A stretch of DNA of 64,000 bases from Thermoanaerobaculia bacterium (lineage in GTDB: Bacteria; Acidobacteriota; Thermoanaerobaculia; UBA5066), in the NCBI GenBank assembly GCA_038245905.1, contig JBBRRY010000001.1, positions 282,951 to 346,950 on the forward strand. Reading direction: 5' to 3'. The position numbers and the translations under genes are program-made. This document shows, piece by piece, positions 41,130-52,200 of this stretch (position 1 is its first letter; every line of letters begins with the position of its first letter). Under the pieces are notes generated by a model. It was not told the DNA's origin. It saw only the letters and a list, made by a program, of their open reading frames with translations, and ran no database searches.

Positions 41130-44100
41130 CTTTCCCCGAGCGCTTTCCGGAATCGCTCGGGCCCGACTTCGCGCGTGAGGGTGCGTTCCAGAAAACCCGG
41201 GTCCGGATGATGCTCGGTCTCGGGATACGGATACGCCGACATCGCGTGGAACGGCCAGGGACCGTAGGACTGCCCCGTCACGGTGTTCTTGTCGAAGTCC
41301 TTGTCCCAGCCGTCGGAGACGAGGATCCAGTCCCGGTGCCACCCCGCTGCGAGCGGCGGCAGCTTCGAGGCGTCGTACGTGATCCGGATCGCATCGCCTC
41401 CCTTGAACGCGACCCAGCGGTCGTCGGCCTTCGAGAGGAATTCCATCACGTCGCCGAGGCGCGTCACCCGGCCCGGAATGTCCTCCCAGCGGGGCCGCGT
41501 CGAGACGTCGCCGTGGTCGAAGACTTCGGGGCCGTCCGGTGTCTCACGATACCCCTGCGGGAATCCGCGCTCGGAAAGCACGGCGGCCACCGGGGAGAGA
41601 AGCGTCGTGACGACGTCCACGGCCGGGTCGTTCACCGTGACGAGCGCCTCGTCCCAGAAGATCGCCATCGTCGTCCGGATGCGCACGCGCGGGTCGTTCG
41701 GATCGAAGAGGCCCGTGAGGTCGACCGGCATCGTCTTCGTCTTCCCGGCGGGGAACCCGAACGATTCCATCGCGACCTTCCAGCCGCCCCGACCGTCCGG
41801 CACTTCGAGGACCGGCGGGAAATGCGCGAGGTCCTTCCTCTGCGAGAGCGAGACGTTGATCGACGTGTCCGTGTAGAAGATCCAGCCCGAGAGGAAGAGG
41901 ACCACGCGATCCCCCGCCGCCACGTCCCCGAGATCGAGAACGAGGGCATGCTCCTTTCGGACGCCCTGATAGAACGTTTCGGGCCCGGGTCCCACGTACA
42001 CCTGATCGCGGCTGGCCAACCGGGCGGTCACGTCTTCAATGCGGCCCGAGGCGTCGGAGAATGCGGCGCGCACGGGGCGCGGATGCGTGACGGTGAAGAG
42101 CTTCTTCTCCGTCACGCCCGGAATCGTCCGCTCATTCGGCACGACGACCGTGCCCTCGGGATGATCGACCGCCATCAGCGTGGCCTCGTCGAGGAATGCG
42201 ACCTCCCACAGCTCCTCGGTGTAGTCGATCTCGAGCCGGCCGGCGGCGTCCGGCCGAAGCGCCGCGCCGTCGATGAACAGCCACTCGCGCGCGTCCCAGC
42301 CCGCGAGGTGGACGCCGTCATAAAGGAGTCCGATCGGAGAACGTCCGAGCGCGTCGGAAATGAAGCTCCAGACGCCGGTCTCGCCGTTCCGCGCGTAGAC
42401 GAACGGACACGAGCCCTTGAGCTGCTGGACTTCCCTGACGACCGACCTCGCCTTCTGGTCGAAGAGGTTCTGGGGTACGCCGTTCGTCCAAGTAACCCGT
42501 ACGACGTCCGCTTTCGCGTGCGGACCGAGGCCGACGTGTGTCGGCAGGAGGCTCGCGAGACGCACCACGTAGAGGTTCCCCGCCTTCACCTCGACGAGAC
42601 TTCCGACGCCCTGCCTGTTCACCTTTCCCGAACCGGTGGGCAGGCCTTCGAGAACGACCACCAGCCAGCCGTTCGCGTTCCCGCCGTCGTTCAGGAGGAC
42701 GCTCGTCTTTCCGCCGGCCGAGACGAGGAGGTCGAGATCTCCGTCCTTGTCGACGTCGAGGGCGAGGAGCGCGTCGACTGCTGCCAGGTTTGAGGAGAGG
42801 GAATAAGAAGAAGATTTCTTTGAAGGTGAAGAGAAGACAGGCCAGTCCGCGAACTTTCCGCCTCCGAGATTCCTGAACGCGTGGAGGCCGTCCGAAGAGG
42901 CCGCGACGACGTCCGGGAATCCGTCGTTGTCGAAATCGGCGAGGACAACCGCCCGCATCGCGGCCGAAGCGCCCGCAGCATCGAGCCCGCTCCCCGCGCC
43001 TTCAAAGAAATTCCCATCTCCATTTCCGATCAACAGCCGGAGCCCTTTGGACGTCGCAACGACGATGTCCGGAATCCCGTCCGCGTTCACGTCCTCGACC
43101 GCGACGTCCGTCGCGCCCGAGACGTGGAGGGGCACGTTCCTGAGGACGCCCGAGCGCAGATTGAGGCGCAGAACAAGATCGCCCTTCGCGTCGATCGTCA
43201 CGAGATCAGGATCGCCGTCCCGGTCGACGTCGAAGACGACAACCTTCTTCGAATGGAACGTGGCATCGCCCGTCTTCGCCGTCACGTCGGAAAATGTTCC
43301 GTCGAGATTGTTGCGGAGAAGCTGATCGGGCTTGCTCCCACCATAAAGGTAGACGTCGAGATCGCCGTCGAGGTCGTAGTCGAAGAAGACAGCGGAGACG
43401 AAGGGCGCCGGAACTGGATACTGCGCAGCCGCTCCCGAGTTGGCGAGGTCCACCCTTCTCAGAAGTCTTTCCACGCTCTCCTCGGACCCGGCGGGCGCGC
43501 GAAACGTCACCGGAATCGCGGCGGCCGGTCCCGAGCGAAGCCCCTCTTCGACCTTCGAAGCAAATCTCTCGATCGGCAGGCCCACGACCTGCGTGAAGAC
43601 CTCGGCGAGCGATTGCTGGTACCGGGGCGTGACCCGAAGGACGTTCTCGAGAACGCGGACCTTGACCGTCGCGCCTTTCACGTCGCCTCTCCCCGCGAGC
43701 GTCCGGGCCTCGGAGAGAAACTGGCGGGCGCGCGCGTCGCCGTCGGAGATGAGAGGGTCCAGCTCGGTGACGCCCTTCGACAAGGCAGCCGCGTCTCCCG
43801 CCTCGCCCTCGAGGACGAGAAGCTTCAACCGCGCCGGCAGATTCGAGGGCGCACGGCCGACGATCTCGGCGAGGCGTGTCTTCCGGGCGGCCTTCTCGGC
43901 GGGCGAAGAGGACGAGTCCGTCTCGACGCTTCGCGCGAATCGCCAGCGCGACTCGAGATCGCGCGGGTTCAGGGCGGCCGCCTTCTCGAGGGCGGCGCGG
44001 ACGCCGGCGGGACGGTTCCGTTCGTTCTCGAGAGCCGCGCGAATCGCGTACAGATCCGCCCGCTCACCGAGGGCCAGCGCCTTGCCGAGGAGAGACTCGG

Positions 44101-44398
44101 CGCCCGCAAGATCCTTCTCACGCAAGGCCGCGACGGCGCCGTTCGCGAGAGGCAGGGCTTCTCCGGGCAGGAGCTCGGCGAGACGCGCGAACGTCGCGCG
44201 GGCTTCTTTCGGCTTGTCCTCCTCGAGCTGCGCAAGGCCGACGTTCCGGAGAGACAGGATCTTCGAAGAAGAAGATATTTCTGCTGAAGAGGAGGACCAA
44301 GAGAACGCGATCGCGGCGGCGAGTGCGATGGCGGCCCAGCGGCAACGTTCGAAGAGAAACCTTTTCTTAGAAAGGGACTGAAAAAGGAGGAGGTTCAT
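41126..44398 (-). CDS. Large TPR + FG-GAP/VCBS + ASPIC/UnbV protein with an extra C-terminal domain
   Basis: N-terminal hydrophobic segment and TPRs, DYDLDGD/DVDRDGD/DFDNDG repeats, HVGLG...WTNG, then KGSCPFVY...GWDKDFD domain. Confidence 0.88.
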   Translation of the reverse strand: MNLLLFQSLSKKRFLFERCRWAAIALAAAIAFSWSSSSAEISSSSKILSLRNVGLAQLEEDKPKEARATFARLAELLPGEALPLANGAVAALREKDLAGAESLLGKALALGERADLYAIRAALENERNRPAGVRAALEKAAALNPRDLESRWRFARSVETDSSSSPAEKAARKTRLAEIVGRAPSNLPARLKLLVLEGEAGDAAALSKGVTELDPLISDGDARARQFLSEARTLAGRGDVKGATVKVRVLENVLRVTPRYQQSLAEVFTQVVGLPIERFASKVEEGLRSGPAAAIPVTFRAPAGSEESVERLLRRVDLANSGAAAQYPVPAPFVSAVFFDYDLDGDLDVYLYGGSKPDQLLRNNLDGTFSDVTAKTGDATFHSKKVVVFDVDRDGDPDLVTIDAKGDLVLRLNLRSGVLRNVPLHVSGATDVAVEDVNADGIPDIVVATSKGLRLLIGNGDGNFFEGAGSGLDAAGASAAMRAVVLADFDNDGFPDVVAASSDGLHAFRNLGGGKFADWPVFSSPSKKSSSYSLSSNLAAVDALLALDVDKDGDLDLLVSAGGKTSVLLNDGGNANGWLVVVLEGLPTGSGKVNRQGVGSLVEVKAGNLYVVRLASLLPTHVGLGPHAKADVVRVTWTNGVPQNLFDQKARSVVREVQQLKGSCPFVYARNGETGVWSFISDALGRSPIGLLYDGVHLAGWDAREWLFIDGAALRPDAAGRLEIDYTEELWEVAFLDEATLMAVDHPEGTVVVPNERTIPGVTEKKLFTVTHPRPVRAAFSDASGRIEDVTARLASRDQVYVGPGPETFYQGVRKEHALVLDLGDVAAGDRVVLFLSGWIFYTDTSINVSLSQRKDLAHFPPVLEVPDGRGGWKVAMESFGFPAGKTKTMPVDLTGLFDPNDPRVRIRTTMAIFWDEALVTVNDPAVDVVTTLLSPVAAVLSERGFPQGYRETPDGPEVFDHGDVSTRPRWEDIPGRVTRLGDVMEFLSKADDRWVAFKGGDAIRITYDASKLPPLAAGWHRDWILVSDGWDKDFDKNTVTGQSYGPWPFHAMSAYPYPETEHHPDPGFLERTLTREVGPERFRKALGER
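42812..43567. repeat. Dispersed motif cluster (reverse 42812-42826; forward 42999-43013, 43454-43468, 43552-43567)
   Basis: AGATTTCTTTGAAGG (perfect consensus), CCTTCAAAGAAATTC, CCTTCTCAGAAGTCT, CCTTCGAAGCAAATCT. Confidence 0.7.
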
Positions 44399-44526
44399 CA
44401 GAAGGGATTATGGCCGGAACGCGGCTACCCGACTCGCGCCGGGAATTCGTGCGTCACGCCGGGCGAGTCGGCCCTCTTCACCTTCTAAGCAAGTCCTTCT
44501 TCCCTTCCGTATTCCTAAGCAGATCT
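44358..44526. repeat. Dispersed motif cluster (reverse 44358-44375; forward 44481-44496 and 44511-44526)
   Basis: TTTCTTAGAAAGG, CCTTCTAAGCAAGTCC and ATTCCTAAGCAGATCT with C/T tracts; they bracket the intergenic hairpin 44429-44471. Confidence 0.65.
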
Positions 44527-46715
44527 CTCCTCTCTTCTCTTCCCTCGACCAGCGTGACGAGCGTGCCGCCTGGCACGTCATGGAGCGTGTCGCGGCGGCC
44601 GTCCGGCCAGCGAATCTCGATGGAGTCCGCCATTTTCGCGCCTCCGAGACCAAACAGAAGATCGTGGGAGGACTGCGACAGGAACGAGGATCCGGCGCGC
44701 ACCTCGCGGAGCTGCACCTTCCCGTTCACGCGGAGTTTCACGACGGCGCCGAGCGCGTCTCGGTTCATGCCGTGATCCACAGAAAGCCGGACGACGACGC
44801 GGCCCCCGCCCTCTCCCCATGCGTTCCGATAGAGATGGAGGGGCCCGCGGAAGCACGAGAGCACGATCTCCGGAGCCCCGTCGCCGTCGAGGTCCGCGTA
44901 TGCGAGGCCGCGCGTGTCCTCGAGCGTGTCGAAACCTTCCACGAACGCCCGCTCCTCGAACGTGCCGTCGCCGCGGTTCCAGAAGAGCTTCTTCGGCGTC
45001 CGGGACGCCATGCCGTTCGCCCCGAAGTCGATTCCGCCCCAGACGCCGTCGTGGAAGTTCACACCGTCGCGGCCCATCGCGTTCCAGAAGGCGATCTCGT
45101 CGTCTTTCCCGGTCGTCGCCCGGAACATTCCGTTCACGACGAGAAGGTCCTCGCGGCCCTTGCCGGCGAGGTCCACGAACTCCGTGCCCCACGCCCATCC
45201 GCCGTCCGCGACGCCCGCCGCCTCCGACGTGCGCTCGAACTTCAGGCCGCCGAGATTGCGAAAGAGCCCGTCCCCGCGCGACCTTCGCCCCATGACCTTC
45301 GCCATGTGGGGGCGCACGAGGCCGGCCAGCGGCACGGGCGGCATCGGCCACCGGGAATCCCGGAGAATCCACTGATAGGGCGTCCAGTAGTCGGCCACGT
45401 GGAGGTCCCACCTGCCGTCGCCGTCGTAGTCGCCCCAGGCGACGCCCATCCCGTAACCTTCGTCTTCGGTGCCGCTCGTCTTCGCGATGTCCACGAACTT
45501 CGGATGCCCAGGCGTCGAGCGGTTCTCGAAAAACGCGTTTCGCCCGAAGTCGTTCGCGACGTAGAGATCGTCGTCCCCGTCGTCGTCGGCGTCGCAGGCC
45601 TCCGCGGCGAAGCCCCATCCCGCATCGCCGAGGCCCGAAGCCGCCGTCTCGTCCACGAAGAAGGGATGCCCGGCTCGTTCGACGTTCCGGAAGAAGCGGC
45701 TGCCTCCCCCGTTCCGACCGTCGTACGCAGGCCCGGTCGCGCGCGCGTCGCCGTAGGCCGCCACGAAGAGATCCACGCGCCCGTCGCGGTCGGCGTCGAA
45801 GAACACGGCGGACGTGAACGGTCCCGAGAGGCCGGCGAGGCCCCAGGCCTCCGTGACGTCGCAGAATTTCCCGTGGCCGAGGTTCTTCAGGACGCGGCTC
45901 GGAGAGACGTGGTTCGAGAGGAACAGCTCCGGCAACCCGTCGCCGTCCAGGTCGGCGGCGACCCCGCCCGACGCCTCCATCTCCGGCAGGAGGTCGAGCC
46001 CGGAGCCCGCGGTCGCGTCGCGAAAGTGTCCGGTCCCGTCGTTCAGGAACAGCCTTGGGTGCCTGTTCGGGACGATCACGTCCACGAAGCCATCTCCGTC
46101 GACGTCCACGAGGACGACGCCGGGGTGGTGATGCGTCGCGGGCAGGCAGAAGTTCGTCGCCTCCACGGGATCGAGGGACTCGTGCCGCGCGACGAGGCCG
46201 CGAGCCGCGGCTTCCTCGAAGAGGTGAGGGACTCCGCGCTGGATGGCGGCGGGCCCGTTCACCGCGAGGGCCGAGCGCAACTGCCAGCTCCCAGCCGGAG
46301 AAGACTCGGAGGGATTTCTGCGAAAGAAAACGAGATCGAAGAGTAGCCTCGCGGCCACGCGTTCGGACGAATCCGCGCGCGCCCAGCCCTGCAGGCGGAA
46401 TTCGACCCGAACGAGGATGTCCGATGAGGACTTCTTCTGAAGGTCGATGATTCGGACGGCCGAGTCACACCGAAAGGCGCATGCGCTCCGCAACGCTTCC
46501 GAAAGCTGCCATAAGGACGGCTCCTCAGCCGAGTCCGAAGTCCCGGCGCTCCTCTCCCTCTTCCCCCCAAAGAATTCTTCTCTCAGCTCTTCGACCTTCG
46601 CCGATACGTCGTGGGAGTAGTCCTCGAGGCTGGGCATCGGCCGCGTGCCGCCGCAACCCGCGGCAAGAGTCGCCACGGCGATGAGCTCGAACAAGGCGAT
46701 GGGGTGCCGTGCCAC
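44478..46715 (-). CDS. CRTAC1-like lipoprotein (N-terminal extra domain + FG-GAP + ASPIC/UnbV)
   Basis: GTG 46715; lipobox LAAGC; DxDGDG repeats; NRDALGA...AGSSFLSQ...FGLG...IRWPDG. Confidence 0.88.
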   Translation of the reverse strand: MARHPIALFELIAVATLAAGCGGTRPMPSLEDYSHDVSAKVEELREEFFGGKRERSAGTSDSAEEPSLWQLSEALRSACAFRCDSAVRIIDLQKKSSSDILVRVEFRLQGWARADSSERVAARLLFDLVFFRRNPSESSPAGSWQLRSALAVNGPAAIQRGVPHLFEEAAARGLVARHESLDPVEATNFCLPATHHHPGVVLVDVDGDGFVDVIVPNRHPRLFLNDGTGHFRDATAGSGLDLLPEMEASGGVAADLDGDGLPELFLSNHVSPSRVLKNLGHGKFCDVTEAWGLAGLSGPFTSAVFFDADRDGRVDLFVAAYGDARATGPAYDGRNGGGSRFFRNVERAGHPFFVDETAASGLGDAGWGFAAEACDADDDGDDDLYVANDFGRNAFFENRSTPGHPKFVDIAKTSGTEDEGYGMGVAWGDYDGDGRWDLHVADYWTPYQWILRDSRWPMPPVPLAGLVRPHMAKVMGRRSRGDGLFRNLGGLKFERTSEAAGVADGGWAWGTEFVDLAGKGREDLLVVNGMFRATTGKDDEIAFWNAMGRDGVNFHDGVWGGIDFGANGMASRTPKKLFWNRGDGTFEERAFVEGFDTLEDTRGLAYADLDGDGAPEIVLSCFRGPLHLYRNAWGEGGGRVVVRLSVDHGMNRDALGAVVKLRVNGKVQLREVRAGSSFLSQSSHDLLFGLGGAKMADSIEIRWPDGRRDTLHDVPGGTLVTLVEGREERRDLLRNTEGKKDLLRR
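46312..46578. repeat. Degenerate motif cluster (reverse 46312-46326 and 46428-46443; forward 46565-46578)
   Basis: GGATTTCTGCGAAAG, GGACTTCTTCTGAAGG, and CCCCAAAGAATTCT in a C/T tract. Confidence 0.45.
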
Positions 46716-46739
46716 CCGGCAATGGTAAAACACGGGGTC

Positions 46740-48188
46740 ATGACGAGATCCGTCGTTCGCGTTCTCGGCGCCGTCGGCCTCGCGGCGCTCCTCTCGGGGC
46801 ACGCGCATGCGGAGTCCGACACGCCGCGTGCGCCCGAAGCGCGATGGCAACCGCCGAAGGAAGCCCTTCCGCCCGCGCGCCCCCCGGCCAAACTGCCGGA
46901 GGGCATGACGCCCGAGGCGCTGACCGGCCGCACGATCTCGCTGGCCGAGGCCATCGACGTGTCTCTCCGCAACAGCCCGCTGACGCGTCAGAGCTGGCTC
47001 CTGACGCAGGCCGCCGCGGCCGACCTGGGCAGCCGTCGCTCGGCGTATTACCCGTCGATCGAGGCCGACTTCTCGGCGCAGCGCCAGAAGCTGTCGTCAA
47101 TCGGCGGAAGCGTCACGACGCTGACGACCACCTACACTCCGTCCGCCAGCCTGAGCTGGCTGCTTCTCGACTTTGGCGGAAGATCCGCCGACATCGAGGA
47201 AGCCCGGCGGCGCCTCTGGGCGGCCGACTTCACGCACGACGCGACGATGAACGATCTCGTCCTCGGGGTCGCGCAGGCCTACTACTCGTATCAGGGCGCG
47301 CGCGCCCTCCTCGTGGCGCAGGAAGCGAACGTGAAGCAGGCGGACACGAACTACAAGGCGGCCGGCGCGCGGCACGACGCGGGCGTCGCGACGATCGCGG
47401 ACGTCCTCCAGGCACGGACACAGCTCTCCCAGCAGCGCCTCCTGTACGACACGGTGCGCGGCCAGATCGAGACGTATCGCGGCCAGCTCGCGACCGCGCT
47501 CGGTGTGCCCGTCAACCTCCCCGTCGACGCCGCGGCCCTGCCGGAGTCGGTGAACGAAGATGCGACCATCGCCTCCGTGGACCGGCTCATCGCCGAGGCC
47601 GAGAGCATCCGGCCCGACCTCGCGGCCGCCCGCTCCCGGGCTGCGGCGGTTCGCGCGCACGTGGGCTCCGTCCAGGCGGCCGGCCTCCCCACGCTCGCGG
47701 CCTCGGCCTCCGCGAGCCGCCCGTATTACGACAATGCGAGCGCAGCCAATCCCTACGCGAACAATTATTCGTTCGGGCTGTTCCTCCGCGTCCCGCTCTT
47801 CACGGGATTCAAGACGCTTTACGACACGAAGGGCGCCGAGGCGTCGGCGGACGCCGCGGACGCGAGCGCCGAAACCACCGCGCAGCTCGTTATTTTCCAG
47901 GTGTGGAGCAGCTACTACGGCCTCACGACCGCCGCGGAGCAGGTGCGGGCCTCCCGCGATCTCCTCGAGAGCGCACGGGAGTCCGCGGAAGTCGCCCGCG
48001 GCCGCTACCGCGAGGGCGTCGGAAGCATCCTCGACCTGCTCACCGCCGAGAGCGCCTTCGCAAGCGCGCTCGCCCAGGATGTGAAGAGCCGCGCCGGCTT
48101 CCTCCTCGCCATGGCTCAGCTCGCGCACGACACGGGCCGCGTCGACACGAGCGTTCAGGCGGCCTCTCCCAGGAAGGACACTCCATGA
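46740..48188 (+). CDS. TolC family outer membrane efflux protein
   Basis: Signal peptide; ISLAEAIDVSLRNSP, VAQAYY, RYREGVGSILDLL; first gene of the efflux operon. Confidence 0.9.
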   Translation: MTRSVVRVLGAVGLAALLSGHAHAESDTPRAPEARWQPPKEALPPARPPAKLPEGMTPEALTGRTISLAEAIDVSLRNSPLTRQSWLLTQAAAADLGSRRSAYYPSIEADFSAQRQKLSSIGGSVTTLTTTYTPSASLSWLLLDFGGRSADIEEARRRLWAADFTHDATMNDLVLGVAQAYYSYQGARALLVAQEANVKQADTNYKAAGARHDAGVATIADVLQARTQLSQQRLLYDTVRGQIETYRGQLATALGVPVNLPVDAAALPESVNEDATIASVDRLIAEAESIRPDLAAARSRAAAVRAHVGSVQAAGLPTLAASASASRPYYDNASAANPYANNYSFGLFLRVPLFTGFKTLYDTKGAEASADAADASAETTAQLVIFQVWSSYYGLTTAAEQVRASRDLLESARESAEVARGRYREGVGSILDLLTAESAFASALAQDVKSRAGFLLAMAQLAHDTGRVDTSVQAASPRKDTP

Positions 48189-49294
48189 CGCCGAGGTTCC
48201 CTTCGCCCCGCCTTCGCGCCCTCGCCATGCTTCCCTTCTTCGTGCTTGCCTCGTGCGGCAAGGGAAAGAAGACTTCGGCGCCGCCGGCCGTGCCCATCCT
48301 CGCCGCGACCGTCGAGACGCGCGACGTCCCGCTCGAGGCGAGTGCCGTCGGCCGCGTCGACCCCTTCGCGACCGTCGCCGTTCGTTCGCGCGTCGGCGGT
48401 CCGATCGTGCGCGTCACGTTCCGGGAGGGCCAGGACGTGCGACAGGACGAGCTTCTCTTCGAGATCGACCGGAAAGGGTTCGAGGTCGCCCTCCAGGTGT
48501 CCCTCGCGAATCTCGAGCGCGACCGCGCCCGCGCCCGTGAAGCCGAGGAGAACTCGAAGCGCTACGAGGAGCTGGTCAAGAAGGACTACGTCACGAAGGA
48601 ACAGGCCTCGCAGACGATGTCCAACGCCGAGGCACTCAGAGCTATCGTGAAGGCCGACGAAGCGGACGTCGCGAACGCGCGCCTCAACCTCTCCTATTGC
48701 TCGATCACGGCTCCGATGCCGGGCCGCACGGGCTCGCTCCTCGTGAACGTGGGAAACCTCGTGAAGGCGAACGACGACAAACCTCTCGTCGTGATCAACC
48801 AGATCGAGCCCGTCTTCGTCACGTTCGCCGTGCCCGAGGGCGCCCTCTCCGATGTGAAGAAGCGTTTCGCGTCCGGAAAGCTGGCGGTCCTCGCGACGCC
48901 GAATGGCACGAGCGCCACGGCTTCCACAGGAGAGCTGACGTTCATCGACAACGCCGTCGACACGACGACCGGGACGATCAACCTGAAGGCGACGTTCCCG
49001 AACCGTGATCACGCTCTCTGGCCGGGACAGTTCGCGAACGTCGCGCTCCGCCTCGCGAACGAAGCGGGAGCCCTCGTCGTCCCGACCGAGGCCGTCCAGA
49101 CGGGCCAGGCCGGCGCCTTCGTCTACGTCATCGGACCCGACGACACAGTCGCCGTGCGGCCGGTCGCCGTGCGCCGCACGTATCGCCAGTGGTCCGTCCT
49201 CGAGAAGGGCGTCGCCGTTGGAGAACGCGTCGTGACCGACGGCCAGCTCCGCCTCGCCCCGGGCGTGAAGGTCGCGATCAAGAAGGCAGGCTGA
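48185..49294 (+). CDS. RND efflux periplasmic adaptor (MdtA-like lipoprotein)
   Basis: Lipobox LASC; VRSRVGG, ITAPMPGRTG, IDNAVDTTTGTI, LWPGQF. Confidence 0.93.
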   Translation: MTPRFPSPRLRALAMLPFFVLASCGKGKKTSAPPAVPILAATVETRDVPLEASAVGRVDPFATVAVRSRVGGPIVRVTFREGQDVRQDELLFEIDRKGFEVALQVSLANLERDRARAREAEENSKRYEELVKKDYVTKEQASQTMSNAEALRAIVKADEADVANARLNLSYCSITAPMPGRTGSLLVNVGNLVKANDDKPLVVINQIEPVFVTFAVPEGALSDVKKRFASGKLAVLATPNGTSATASTGELTFIDNAVDTTTGTINLKATFPNRDHALWPGQFANVALRLANEAGALVVPTEAVQTGQAGAFVYVIGPDDTVAVRPVAVRRTYRQWSVLEKGVAVGERVVTDGQLRLAPGVKVAIKKAG

Positions 49295-49299
49295 CGTCG

Positions 49300-52200
49300 A
49301 TGAACATCTCCGAGATCTTCATCCGGCGCCCGGTCGCCACGACGCTCATCATGCTCGCGATCCTGTTCTTCGGGATCGTCGGCTATCGGCTCCTCCCCGT
49401 GTCGGACCTGCCGAGCGTGGACTTCCCCACGATCCAGGTCACGGCCGCCCTCCCGGGCGCCAGTCCGGAAACGATGGCCGCTGCTGTCGCGACGCCGCTC
49501 GAGCGCCAGTTCACGACGATCGCGGGACTCGACTCCATGAACTCCGCGAGCATCCTCGGCGTCACGCAGATCAGCCTGCAGTTCAACCTGAGCCGGAGCC
49601 TCGACGCCGCCGCACAGGACGTACAGGCCGCGATCGGCGCCGCCTCGCGTCAGCTGCCGCCCGGGATGCCGAGCCCGCCGACGTACCAGAAGGTGAATCC
49701 GGCGGACCAGCCGGTCCTCTACATCGCGCTGACCGGACCGACGCTGACGCTCTCGGCTCTCGACGAATACGCCGAGACTCTCATCGCCCAACGCATCTCG
49801 ACGGTTTCGGGCGTTGCGCAGGTCCAGGTCTTCGGAGCCCAGAAGTTCGCCGTGAGGGTCCAGCTCGACCCGCACGCGCTCGCGTCGCGCGGCATCGGGA
49901 TCGACGAGGCCGCAGCCGCGGTCGCCGGCGCGAACGTGAACCTGCCCACGGGAACGCTCTGGGGCGCGAACACGGCGTTCACCGTCCTCGCGACGGGACA
50001 GCTCAACGAGGCCTCCGCGTATGGCCCGCTCATCGTCGCCTACCGGAACGGGTCGCCCGTCCGCGTGAAGGACATCGGACGCGCGATCGACAGCGTCGAG
50101 AACGACAAGACGGCCTCCTGGTTCTACACGAAGTCGGGCGCGAGCCGCGCGATCATCCTCGCGATCCAGAAGCAGCCCGGTGAGAACACCGTCGAGGTCG
50201 TTTCGAACATCCGCAAGCTCATCCCCGTGTTCGAGTCGCAGCTTCCCGGCTCGGCGCGGCTGAACGTGATCTACGACCGCTCGCAGTCGATCCGCGAATC
50301 CGTGGCGGACGTGAAGTTCACTCTCTGGCTCACCCTCGCACTCGTCGTCCTCGTGATCTTCCTCTTCCTGCGCAATCTCTCCGCTACGGTGATTCCGTCC
50401 CTCGCTCTGCCGCTGTCCATCGCGGGTACGTTCGCGGCGATGTACGTCCTCGGGTACAGCATGGACAACCTGTCCCTGATGGCGCTCACGCTGTCGGTCG
50501 GATTCGTCGTCGACGACGCGATCGTCGTCCTCGAGAACATCGTCCGCCACATCGAGATGGGCGAAGACCCGTTCGAGGCGGCGCTCAAGGGCACGAAGGA
50601 GATCGGATTCACGATCGTGACCATGACGCTGTCGCTGACAGCCGTCTTCATTCCGCTCCTCTTCATGGGCGGCATCGTGGGCCGCCTGTTCCGCGAGTTC
50701 GCGGTGACGATCGCCGTCGCGATCCTCGTCTCGGGATTCGTTTCCCTGTCGCTGACGCCAATGCTCTGCGCGCGCTACCTGAGAGGGCACGACGCGGCCA
50801 AGAAGCATGGCCGCATCTATCTGGCGTCCGAAAGTGTCTTCGACGCCTCGCTGCGCTTTTATGAGCGCGGGCTCCGGTGGGTCCTTTCGCACCAGCGGGC
50901 CACCGTCGTGTTCTCGGGGGTCGTGCTGGCGGGCACCGCGGCTCTCTTCGTCGTCATCCCGAAAGGATTTCTCCCGAGCGACGACATCGGCCAGATCTTC
51001 GCTCCCACGAAGGCCGCGCAGGGTATCTCGTTCGAGTCGATGGTGGAGCACCAGAAGAAGCTCGCCGCGATCGTGAACGAGGATCCGGACATCGAGACCT
51101 TCATGTCGAGCGCGGGCAACCGCGGCAACAACGCGAGCGGCGGCAACACGGGCACCCTCTTCATGAAGCTCAAGCCTCGCGGCGAGAGGCACTCGACCGT
51201 CGATCAGATCATCCAGCGCCTCCGGCCGAAGCTGCTGCAGGTGCCGGGCATCCTCGCGTTCCCGCAGAACCCGCCGCCCATCCGGCTCGGCGGACAGCTG
51301 ACGCAGGCGCAATACCAGTTCACGATGCAGGCGTCCGACACGAAAGATCTCTACTCGCGCGCACCCGAGATGGAGAAGAAGATGCGCGGCGTCCGCGGCC
51401 TCACGGACATCGTGAGCGACCTCCAGCTCGCGAACCCCACGGCCTATCTCACGATCGACCGCGACCGCGCGGCGTCCCTCGGGATCTCGCCCGAAAAGAT
51501 CGAGACCGCGCTCTACACGGCCTACGGCTCCAGGCAGGTGTCGACGATCTTCTCGCCGAACAACGAGTATCAGGTGATCATGGAGCTCCTCCCGCAGTTC
51601 CAGCGTGACCCATCCGCCCTCCAGGCGCTTTACGTGAGAGGCCTCAAGGGCGATCTCGTGCCGCTCGCGGCGGTCACGCGGTTCGAGCAGACGGTCGGGC
51701 CGCTGGCCGTGAATCACGCCGGACAGCTTCCGTCGGTCACCGTGTCCTTCAACCTGCAGCCCGGCATCGCGCTGGGCGATGCGGTCACCGAGATCAACAG
51801 GATCGCGCGCGAGACGCTTCCCGCCAGCGTCACGACGGTCTTCCAGGGCACGGCGCAGGCTTTTCAGGACTCGCAGAAAGGCCTCGGCCTCCTCCTGCTC
51901 ATCGCGATCCTCGTAATTTATGGCGTTCTCGGAATCCTCTACGAGGATTTCCTGCACCCGATCACGATTCTCTCGGCGCTCCCCTTCGCCGGATTCGGCG
52001 CCCTCATCACGCTTCTCCTGTTCAAGACGGAGCTCTCGATCTACGCTTTCGTCGGCGTCATCCTGCTCGTCGGGCTCGTCAAGAAGAACGGCATCATGAT
52101 GGTGGACTTCGCCGTCGAGGCGCGTCGCGCGGGAAAGAGCGCGCCGGACGCGATCTACGAGGCCTGCGTCGTGCGCTTCCGCCCGATCATGATGACGACC

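Noticed and set aside
44429-44471. Intergenic hairpin CCGACTCGC...GCGAGTCGG as an intrinsic terminator
   Set aside because: The stem is present, but the loop is long and there is no U-tract on either strand; function unsupported.
32231-46715. Enediyne or other biosynthetic cluster suggested by UnbV domains
   Set aside because: No PKS, NRPS, thioesterase or tailoring genes are in the window.
32231-46715. Recurrent GACxxCGACGGCGACGG strings as DNA repeats
   Set aside because: Explained by protein-level DxDGDG calcium-binding FG-GAP repeats.
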